A stretch of 32,000 bases of DNA from Candidatus Saccharimonadota bacterium (GTDB taxonomy: Bacteria > Patescibacteriota > Gracilibacteria > BD1-5 > UBA2023): assembly GCA_042852035.1 (NCBI GenBank), contig BAAFHK010000003.1, forward strand, positions 120,001-152,000, read 5' to 3'. Made by a program: the position numbers and the translations under genes. The notes under the pieces were generated by a model. The model was not told the origin of the DNA. It did no database searches and was given only the letters and a program-made list of their open reading frames with translations. Below are positions 11,435 to 18,393 of this stretch, one piece after another. The number at the start of each line of letters is the position of its first letter. Within the stretch, counting starts at the first letter, position 1.

Positions 11435-11632
11435 TTACACCTTCTTCGAAAGTGCACGGTAATATTCACGGACGATTGCTTGTTCACGAACCTTTCTTTT
11501 TGAAAGATCACGAGAGTGAGTTTGAGCATTCTTAAGCTTATTTGCAGTACGAGTCTGGAAAAAAGACTTCTTGTAGCGCATAAGGAGTTTTTCACTGGAT
11601 TCAGCTTCTTTACGGATTGCGTAGCAGATCAT
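11435..11632 (-). CDS. rpsU: 30S ribosomal protein S21 (65 aa)
   Basis: Internal Met of track ORF 11435-11740. MICYAIRKEAESSEKLLMRYKKSFFQTRTANKL...SKRKVRE matches the S21 pattern (V-RK-ES-E--L-RFK-S...KRK; compared with B. subtilis S21 from memory). No TGA codons. Confidence 0.7.
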   Translation of the reverse strand: MICYAIRKEAESSEKLLMRYKKSFFQTRTANKLKNAQTHSRDLSKRKVREQAIVREYYRALSKKV

Positions 11633-11666
11633 GGGATGAGGGATAGAAAATAGGAATAACGGGCGG

Positions 11667-11694
11667 ATGATATAGGAAAAGTATATAAAGTCAA
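11667..11694 (-). promoter_or_regulatory. candidate rpsU promoter
   Basis: Minus strand: TTGACT (11689-11694), 16-nt spacer, TATCAT (11667-11672). Confidence 0.45.
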
Positions 11695-11734
11695 GTTTTT
11701 TTCGGGAAAGGATTATGGGCCCTAAAATAAAAAA

Positions 11735-11772
11735 GGACAAAAAAAGCGAAGAGCCCTGCGATTGCAGGGCTC
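11735..11772 (-). terminator. rho-independent terminator of the high-GC gene
   Basis: Minus strand: GAGCCCTGC-AATC-GCAGGGCTC (11751-11772) followed by TTCGCTTTTTTTGTCCTTTT. Confidence 0.65.
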
Positions 11773-11894
11773 TTAAGGAGTTTCAGCTTTAGAGAGTGTT
11801 TGACCACCTCCTTACTGATTCGTCCTTTTTCGCATCTTACTCACACTTGGGGGATGGGATCCCCCTGAAGTCCTCACCACCGAGCGGTGGTGAG
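11773..11894 (-). other. multi-hairpin GC-rich 3' UTR
   Basis: CTCACCACC-GCTC-GGTGGTGAG (11873-11894). GGGGGAT-CCC-ATCCCCC (11849-11865). TAAGGAG...CTCCTTA stem (11773-11780 with 11808-11814) enclosing a 27-nt loop. Confidence 0.5.
11816..11858. repeat. left arm of the imperfect inverted repeat bracketing the high-GC CDS
   Basis: TGATTCGTCCTTTTTCGCATCTTACTCACACTTGGGGGATGGG versus the reverse complement of 13281-13323. Identical blocks TCGTCCTTT, CATCTTACTCA, TTGGG; about 33 of 43 positions match. Confidence 0.6.
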
Positions 11895-11900
11895 AGTGTT

Positions 11901-13181
11901 TTACTTCTTCTTGTCGACAGGAACAATCACTTGGTCCACTGCGGAACCAGGGTTCCCCGGCGTGCCCTCGACCGTACGCGTGGCGATCACGGAGCCGTCG
12001 GGAGCCTTGACCACGTAGGTGGCCTTGGCGCCCGCATTCGGCTTGGGCAGCTTGCCCATGTAGTCCTTGAGGGACTCCGAGCAGGTCTTGCCGTTGGCGA
12101 AGATGACGACACCATTGTCGAGGCGGTAGCAGACGTTGGGGTCACGCTTGCCGCCAGGAGTGGGACGCACCACGCCAGGGACGCTCAGGACCTGAGCTTC
12201 GGCCAGGGCCGTCAGTTCGATCGTGACGGTCTGCGGCGGATCCTTCGGGGGGGTCAGGAGGAGGCGGGTCTGCTGGAAAGAGCAGCCGAATTCCATGATG
12301 CTCGTACCGAAGGAGGTGTTGGCCTGATTGCCATTGACTCCCACGGCGTTCTCCACCCCGTTGCGCACGACACCATTACTGGCACCGCCGCCCACGAGAT
12401 AAGCGAACATCACGTACTCGAAGCCGATCACATCTCGTTCTTGGACGAGTTGGCCTTTTTCGTTGTAGCCGACGATGTTCCACTCACCATAGGTGAGCTT
12501 TCCTTCGGGGCCGGTCTTGGCGCTGGTGGTCTGTTCGAAGCCGTTGTCGTAGCCCCAAGAGAAGAGGCCCGCAATCGTGCCACGGGTAGCCGACAGGACA
12601 CGTTTGTCCGTGATATTAACCTTGCCCACGCAACCCGAACGGACTGTCGTGATGCCACCACCTGGAAGGATGGTGTTGGCGGCTGAAACGGCTGCACCGT
12701 TCACCGGAATCGTGGGATAGTAGGTATTGTTCCCCACCGTCACCGTACCGACACCGCTGCCCGTACCGCCGTTGGCCTGCGCGTTCGCGTTGCCACCGTA
12801 GGCCTGGACCGCATTGCGCAGATTGGTCATGCTCGAGGAGTTGCCTCCCGAAGCAGAGACCTCACGCAGCGCACCGAGGACGTTGGTGTTGACGAGGTTC
12901 ATCGACTGGAGGGCCGTGAGGACCTCGTTGCGATTGCTCGACTGGTTGAGGAGCTGTGCTGCGAGCTCGGCATTGCCCTGGGCCACCGCATCAGCGATGG
13001 AACGAGCTGTGGAAGCAGCATTCGCATCCGCATCAGCGGAAGAAGGTGTGCCACCAGGCGACTGGTGACCCCCGCAACTGGTGCAGGGCTGCGATGTTCC
13101 CGTTGCGTGTGCCAAGCCATTACCGAAAAGCGCGGTGACGACAGCTGCTGCAATGATAGAACTTCTCATGATGGTATCCAT
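11901..13181 (-). CDS. secreted protein of unknown family (426 aa from ATG 13181, 422 aa from ATG 13169)
   Basis: Part of the 463-aa track ORF. Sec-type signal peptide MRSSIIAAAVVTALFGNGLAHA/TG. Strong G/C third-position periodicity in this frame. About 55 Gly codons, none TGA. Stop TAA 11901-11903. No family recognised. Confidence 0.8.
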   Translation of the reverse strand: MDTIMRSSIIAAAVVTALFGNGLAHATGTSQPCTSCGGHQSPGGTPSSADADANAASTARSIADAVAQGNAELAAQLLNQSSNRNEVLTALQSMNLVNTNVLGALREVSASGGNSSSMTNLRNAVQAYGGNANAQANGGTGSGVGTVTVGNNTYYPTIPVNGAAVSAANTILPGGGITTVRSGCVGKVNITDKRVLSATRGTIAGLFSWGYDNGFEQTTSAKTGPEGKLTYGEWNIVGYNEKGQLVQERDVIGFEYVMFAYLVGGGASNGVVRNGVENAVGVNGNQANTSFGTSIMEFGCSFQQTRLLLTPPKDPPQTVTIELTALAEAQVLSVPGVVRPTPGGKRDPNVCYRLDNGVVIFANGKTCSESLKDYMGKLPKPNAGAKATYVVKAPDGSVIATRTVEGTPGNPGSAVDQVIVPVDKKK

Positions 13182-13274
13182 TTTCCTGTGGCCGATTGTA
13201 TGCGGCCGGGGTTTTTGGTAGAGCGGACGGGTGTCCACCCCTTTGCTTTCCGGGGGTGGGTCCCCCCGGTCCCT

Positions 13275-13303
13275 ATTATACCAATCACCCAAATTATGAG
13301 TAA
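13275..13303 (-). promoter_or_regulatory. internal extended -10 promoter (P2) inside the right repeat arm
   Basis: Minus strand: TTACTC (13298-13303), 17-nt spacer, TGG-TATAAT (13275-13283). Confidence 0.4.
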
Positions 13304-13323
13304 GATGTTAAAGGACGACTCAA
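13281..13323. repeat. right arm of the imperfect inverted repeat bracketing the high-GC CDS
   Basis: The reverse complement reads TGAGTCGTCCTTTAACATCTTACTCATAATTTGGGTGATTGG. See left arm 11816-11858. Confidence 0.6.
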
Positions 13324-13396
13324 ACTGTGACTGGCGAGGAGCCAGCACTGAACAGAGTCAGACTTTCTCCACCGTCCCCACAAAGTGAGCGGATGA

Positions 13397-13424
13397 ATTA
13401 TAGTTTATAATATATTTGTGTCAA
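13397..13424 (-). promoter_or_regulatory. near-consensus sigma70 promoter (P1) driving the high-GC gene
   Basis: Minus strand: TTGACA (13419-13424), 16-nt spacer, TATAAT (13397-13402). Sits in AT-rich sequence at the island edge. Confidence 0.55.
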
Positions 13425-13527
13425 TAAAATATTCGACATTTTTAATATTTTACCCATTTAAAAAAAGTTTCTTGACTCCTTAAAGCCAAGACCGGGGTTT
13501 TGTCATCACAAAAAAATCACAAAACTC

Positions 13528-14007
13528 TTATAATGAAGCAGGGACTGTGATTTCTTCACTCCTTCATAAGGCAGAGTTTGTTCTCATACGAAAGTGATCC
13601 CTAATAGAGAGGGGGCTATTATGAAGTGAAACGCTTGCCACTGGATAGAGTACAGGCTCTCTTCGGAAATAATCTTGACCCGTAAGAACAACCAATCATC
13701 CAATATTGTTAGTTGAGATAATAAGATTAAGCTCACGAGGAAGTGATCTTCAATAATTTTCCTTGGAATAAAAGTCCAATGAAGTATTTTCTTCAAAATC
13801 AGAAAAAACCGATGCAATAACTCTCTCTGAATCTACAGAATAACCTTTTATGCGAACATAAAATGGCATAGGAAAAGCACTCATCTCAAGCCTGAGAAGC
13901 GTTCCTATAGGAAATCTTTCAAGAAAATCTGGCGGACTTTCAATCTCGGATGCTTGATCGAATCTATCAGATAATGGCATAGAAGTATCATAACATAATT
14001 TAGACAT
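13528..14007 (-). CDS. hypothetical protein (159 aa)
   Basis: ATG 14007 (MSKLCYDTSMPLSDRFDQ...). The track ORF 13750-14007 continues through 3 TGAs to TAA 13528-13530; checked triplet by triplet. No recognisable motif. Confidence 0.5.
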
Positions 14008-14200
14008 CTATGTCAACTTTCTTTGCCTTTCTAGATTCGATTCTATACAATATCTGACGACGCTCTTCTATTCTTGTTGCTTGCCAACAATACGTGAAAC
14101 TTGAGCTTCGGTACTTGCTACTTGTTGTCTCACCTGGGGCACTTGAGAATCTGGAACGAACCATCGTCCAACCAATCAATCTGCAAAATACATATGTCAC
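14000..14200 (-). CDS. small ORF (66 aa, GTG start), doubtful
   Basis: The stop overlaps the next ATG as ATGTCTAA (14000-14007). The same frame has an ATG at about 14262 separated from it by an in-frame TAG (14234-14236). A competing frame (ATG about 14285) is also open. Confidence 0.3.
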   Translation of the reverse strand: MTYVFCRLIGWTMVRSRFSSAPGETTSSKYRSSSFTYCWQATRIEERRQILYRIESRKAKKVDIDV

Positions 14201-14385
14201 GGCACTCCACCCACTTGTACTGGGGTAGGAATCCTAAAAACTTGTAAAGAGCTTGATACTGGGAATCATAATGTTTCCTTCATATGTGTATAAATTAGAA
14301 TATAGAACTCCCTATTTGCCCGAAAAGAACGAAAAGAGAATAGAGTATTCTACCTAAGAATCAGAAAAAATCAATATTTCCTGAT

Positions 14386-14931
14386 TTAAAAATGTATACT
14401 TCTCACTGCCTGAGGAACTCTCTTTAAAATATCGTGGGCATCAGTTTGATTCGCTGAATGAAGGAGTCAGAGATTATTCTTAAGCTCCTTATCATTCCCA
14501 TGATATACTCAAACAGCGTACACTGTTGGATCTTGATTCCTGAAGGGAACTCACGAGTAAGATCATGTCTCCATATCGCCATCAATATGCTGAGCTTGTG
14601 GTCAATCACATTTTGCGATTATCCCTTCTTGAGGAAATTTATGACCAAATAATTCTTGGTAACGAACCTCAAAGTCGCTACTTATAGGAGCAATCAGAAA
14701 AAATTTTACAAATTGATATCCAAGAGTTTGTCTCTCTTTATCCGTGTAGCTTTCAAAAGAAGATGCTCCATGTGATTCGATTTTGATATAAAGAGGAAAC
14801 TTCTCGAGTCATACGAGATAAATAGCATAATTCTTCCCTTCTTGAAGGACGCTAATAATGTCGCCTCATATAATCATTGGGTTACTGTTGGGTGAAGTCT
14901 GGGGGGATTTTTCTGCAAAATTCGGATTCAT
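14386..14931 (-). CDS. hypothetical protein (181 aa as read; possible frameshift near 14610)
   Basis: ATG 14931 (MNPNFAEKSPQTSPNSNPMII...). Frame open to TAA 14386-14388 with 7 TGAs, 5 of them in the last 76 codons, where the +1 frame (track ORF 14424-14609) is TGA-free. Confidence 0.45.
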
Positions 14932-14937
14932 GAAAGA

Positions 14938-14966
14938 ATACTACCAGACTGTACAAAATTCTGCAA
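14938..14966 (-). promoter_or_regulatory. promoter positioned for a leaderless transcript
   Basis: Minus strand: TTGCAG (14961-14966), 17-nt spacer, TAGTAT (14938-14943). The ATG at 14931 begins 7 nt after the -10 element. Confidence 0.4.
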
Positions 14967-15035
14967 ATATGAATCTCTCTTAGAAGATTTTCTGTATTTA
15001 ATCCCTATATTGTACTAATATATTCTCCAAAAATC

Positions 15036-15767
15036 TTATAAATTGTATTCTTTATCAACAAAAGTATCAATAATGTTCCAAGTCATGAGTAATATTTCAT
15101 CTATCTCCTTCTTACTCATATCTTTATGTCATTCATGTCTCTCTCGGGAAAGGTTATCAACTTTCCATGACTCTACCTTTTCTCGGTTTGCTCCAGTTCA
15201 TTCTACAAACTTCTCCCAAGAATCTCTCTCATTTAATGTATGGTATTTTTTTTCAGTGTAACTTCTCAATAGTTCGATAGCTCGATAACAGTGGTAGCCC
15301 GTATCAAGAGGAAATCGTATAGCCTTATTGAGCTCTAAGAAACATTTTCGAATATAGTCAGCAATCTCTCTATTTTCTCGAAAGATACTGTGAATCTTAA
15401 GCATCTCGTTTCGAAAATTTTCTATTTTGTTCTTATTTTTTTCCTGAAGAACTATTGCGCTTGATGCATACATCTTTTCTTCTTTATCCTCTTCGAGGAT
15501 GGACACTATCTCAACATCGTATCCATTTCAAGAAATATAACTCCAGAGGGAGGCTTCCTCTTGAAAAAGATCTTTTACAGTTTTTTTAAGGAGACTAAGA
15601 TCCCCAGAGAAGGACTCATTCGTCCTAAATAATCAGAAAGCATACCCTCATTGAATACTTCATTGCATCTCCCCGATTCGGGTTGTTATTTGTGGGAATG
15701 TATGATTTAATAGGGCGTGTACGGGATGAACAATTCCGAGAATATGGTATGTTGACATAGTTTTCAT
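15036..15767 (-). CDS. hypothetical protein (243 aa; alternative start 15668)
   Basis: Track ORF 15198-15506 extended through TGAs on both sides. Ends ...NLSRERHE-G-HKDMSKKEIDEILLMTWNIIDTFVDKEYNL, TAA 15036-15038. The ATG at 15767 abuts the typA terminator T-run, so the start is uncertain. Confidence 0.5.
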
Positions 15768-15805
15768 AAAAAAATCCCTACCATTATAGGCAGGAGATTT
15801 TTTTT
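15768..15805. terminator. typA terminator (hairpin flanked by A-run and T-run)
   Basis: Minus strand: TCTCCTGCC-TATAAT-GGTAGGGA (G-U pairs allowed) followed by T7. Confidence 0.5.
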
Positions 15806-15820
15806 GTATAGTTTTTCAAA

Positions 15821-17647
15821 TTATGCCTTACCATTCTTTTTTCTTTCATTCTCTGTAAGCCATTTCTTGCGAAGACGGAGAGACTGTGGAGTAACTTCAA
15901 CATACTCATCATCTCCGATATAGTCAAGACAGTCCTCAAGTGTCATCTGACGAATTGGGGTGAGACGGATAGCCTCATCTGTTCCTGAAGCACGCATATT
16001 CGTAAGTTGCTTGTTCTTTGTTGGGTTTACAACAAGGTCAGAGCCTTTGAGGTGCTCTCCGATAATCATCCCTTCGTAGACTTCAGTTCCTGGCTCAATA
16101 AGAATAGGTCATCTTTCTTCAAGATTCCAGAGAGAAAATGCCATAGCTGTACCACCAAATCCTGAAATCATAGAACCAACGTCACGTTTTTCGATAGTCC
16201 CCTTATACTCATCATAGTGTGAGAACGATGAGTATATAATACCCTCACCCTTTGTCTCAATAACAAATCGTGATCGGAATCCAAGAAGTCCACGAGTTGG
16301 AACCTCGAATTCCATATTCGTCACACCATTTACAGTATTCATATTTTTACAGATTCCTTTTCGCTTCCCAAGCATTTCGAATACTGTTCCTGATGCTGTT
16401 TCTGGAACCCACATGACAACATTTTCAATTGGTTCTTGTTTCTTGCCACCTGCAACCTCGTGGAAGATAACTTGTGGAGCACCGACCTGAAGTTCAAATC
16501 CTTCACGACGCATTGTCTCAATAAGGACTGAAAGGTGAAGTTCACCACGTCCTGATACGATATAAGAGTTTCCATCAGATCCTTCGAAGTCGATTTTAAG
16601 ACCAACATTCATTTCTGTTTCTTTTTCAAGACGCTCACGAATCTGACGAGAAGTAACAAATTTTCCTTCTTTTCCAGCAAACGGCGAATCGTTTACCATG
16701 AATTCCATCTTCAGAGTCGGCTCATCAACCGTGATAGCTGGCATAGCTTCAGTGGCTGCATCGGTCGATACCGTCTCTCCAACGTAAATATCTGGGATAC
16801 CAGCAATTGTGATGATATCTCCTGCCTCTACTTCATCCGTTTCTATTTTCTTAAGTCAGAGTGAAGTATAAAGTTTTGAGATTTTTCCGGTACGTCGTGT
16901 TCCATCATTGGCAATAATGGTAACCTGTTGTCCAACTTTCGCCTTTCCTTCATACACACGACCGATACCCATACGTCCGACATAGTTGTCGTATGCAAGG
17001 TTTGCAATCTGCATCTTAAATGGCTTCGTGGTATCATTTGGTGCTTCTGCTACCTCTTCAAGGATCGTATCAAAAAGTGGATTGATATTCTCACGTGGAT
17101 CAGCAAGCTCCTTAATCGCGATACCTTCTCGAGCTATGGCGTAGACAATACGACCATCGGTAATATCAAGCTGCTCATCAGTTGCACCAAGTTGAACGAA
17201 AAGATCGAAAAGCATATCGACAACAACCTCAGGCTGAGCGGTAGGCTTATCAATCTTATTGATAACTACGATTGGCTTAATTCCAAGTTCAAGAGCTTTT
17301 TTGAGAACAAATTTCGTCTGTGGCATAGGACCTTCATAGGCATCAACCACAAGACAAACTGAGTCTACCATACGAAGTACTCGCTCCACCTCGGAACCGA
17401 AGTCCGCATGCCCTGGAGTATCGACAATATTGATCTTCACATCCTTATACATGACAGCGGTATTTTTCGCATAAATTGTGATTCCACGCTCTCTTTCCTG
17501 ATCATTAGAGTCCATGATCGTTGTCCCGACTTCTTCGTTTTCACGAAATGTTCCTGACTGTTTCAGGAGTGCGTCAACAAGGGTTGTTTTTCCATGATCA
17601 ACGTGGGCGATAATCGCAATATTGCGGAACTTTCTGCTAGCAGACAT
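15821..17647 (-). CDS. typA: translational GTPase TypA/BipA (608 aa)
   Basis: Three track ORFs (16856-17647, 16109-16744, 15821-16069) are in one frame, joined by two TGAs. [17 protein letters not shown] and NKID G-motifs. Full-length similarity to E. coli BipA as recalled from memory. Confidence 0.95.
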
Positions 17648-17776
17648 AATACTATAAAATAATGACGTGCGGAGTATACAGAGAACCCAAAAAAAGCAAG
17701 TTAAAATTTGTTTTTTTATTATAAAAATTTATCATGTCAATATATGGAATCTATAAATACATCAAGGAGATTTTTT

Positions 17777-18262
17777 ATGATTGCTTCTGCGTCTGGACTT
17801 CTAAGCCTTTCTCAGAAAGAAGTTGTTGCGAAACTCCTTGAAGTAAGCTCGCTTAAAATCACAAAACAGGGCAAAGATCTTGGGAAATTACATAATGAAA
17901 TTTACATCGATTTTATGAGAACTTTGGAAGATTTTTTACAGAAAAATAGTGTCCGAGTATCGGCTTTTCATTGACATATTCATCGATCGAATGATGGCAC
18001 TTATACACTTGGATATGATATTGAATATACGAGAGTTGCTCCATGACAGTCGCCCCATAAACACGTAGAGCTCATGAGTAGTGTCTGGAGAGAGACAAAA
18101 AAAGGAAAACTTCAAGCAAAATCAAAAAACTCTGAAAAGTCTCGATCATACAATCAGAAATGGGCTTCATCATTTACTGGAATCACTATTTTCGAACACG
18201 AATCTTGAGATGACGATCTCTATCAAGTAGGTCGGTTTTACCTTGCAGAAAAAAAGAAATAA
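17777..18262 (+). CDS. hypothetical protein (161 aa)
   Basis: ATG 17777 preceded by AAGGAG at 7-nt spacing (one of the few strong SD sites in the window). Three in-frame TGAs. TAA 18260-18262. Confidence 0.6.
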
Positions 18263-18313
18263 AATTTGTGCCTTAAATTCAACTATTGACTCACAAAAAA
18301 TATACGGAATAAT

Positions 18314-18341
18314 TTGATTTTAATTGTGTTTTTTATATAAT
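18314..18341 (+). promoter_or_regulatory. candidate promoter of the giant-gene cluster
   Basis: TTGATT (18314-18319), 16-nt spacer, TATAAT (18336-18341). Confidence 0.45.
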
Positions 18342-18393
18342 TTTGGCTAAATAAGCAGAAACTTCTCTCGATATTTGCGAGAATTTGGAAAAT

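Larger units (their letters stand above)
13182..13390 (-). promoter_or_regulatory. long GC-rich structured 5' leader with mutually exclusive helices
   Basis: Helices A (13250-56/13263-69), B (13235-41/13253-59) and C (13229-33/13236-40) share nucleotides. Helix D (13190-94/13203-07) abuts the AGGAAA ribosome-binding region. A long imperfect hairpin lies at 13320-13365. Confidence 0.4.
11735..13395 (-). other. compositionally foreign high-GC single-gene cassette (putative horizontally acquired island)
   Basis: Abrupt switch from AT-rich flanks to GC-rich sequence. Contains one CDS plus GC-rich structured 5' and 3' UTRs. See findings. Confidence 0.75.

Noticed and set aside
11801-11815. GACCACCTCCTTA, which resembles the 3' end of 16S rRNA (possible rRNA fragment)
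   Set aside because: Nothing upstream resembles the conserved 16S 3' domain. On the mRNA strand it is simply one arm of a TAAGGAG/CTCCTTA hairpin in the 3' UTR.
11796-12686. 296-aa plus-strand ORF inside the high-GC cassette. The other short ORFs at 12428-13388 on both strands are in the same category.
   Set aside because: Stop codons are rare in GC-rich DNA, so long antisense or off-frame ORFs arise by chance. Only the minus frame 11901-13181 shows third-position G/C periodicity and a proper signal peptide. The others read as Arg/Gly/Ala-rich nonsense.
13355-13385. GGTGGAGAAAGTCTGACTC in the leader, reminiscent of the RNase P RNA GGAGGAAAGTCCGGGCTC box. A tmRNA or SRP RNA was also considered because of the GC-richness.
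   Set aside because: It is an imperfect match with none of the other universally conserved RNase P, tmRNA or SRP elements nearby. The region is better explained as the 5' leader of the downstream CDS.
11735-13395. High-GC cassette as an IS element, retron, DGR, group II intron or integron cassette
   Set aside because: No transposase, reverse transcriptase, integrase or attC-like site was found, and no template/variable repeat pair. The single ORF is a secreted protein. Only the inverted repeat hints at mobility, and it is reported separately.
11735-13395. High-GC cassette as a metagenome assembly chimera
   Set aside because: Not fully excluded without reads. A chimera would normally join two contigs once, whereas here both flanks are the same AT-rich recoded genome. 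The cassette is also fitted with an AT-rich consensus promoter and lands between intact promoter and terminator signals.
13398-13457. 19-codon minus-strand ORF (MGKILKMSNILLTQIYYKL) downstream of an AAGGAG at about 13473-13478
   Set aside because: The SD-like motif is about 15 nt from the ATG (too far). The ORF overlaps the P1 promoter elements and is AT-rich low-complexity, so it is most likely fortuitous.
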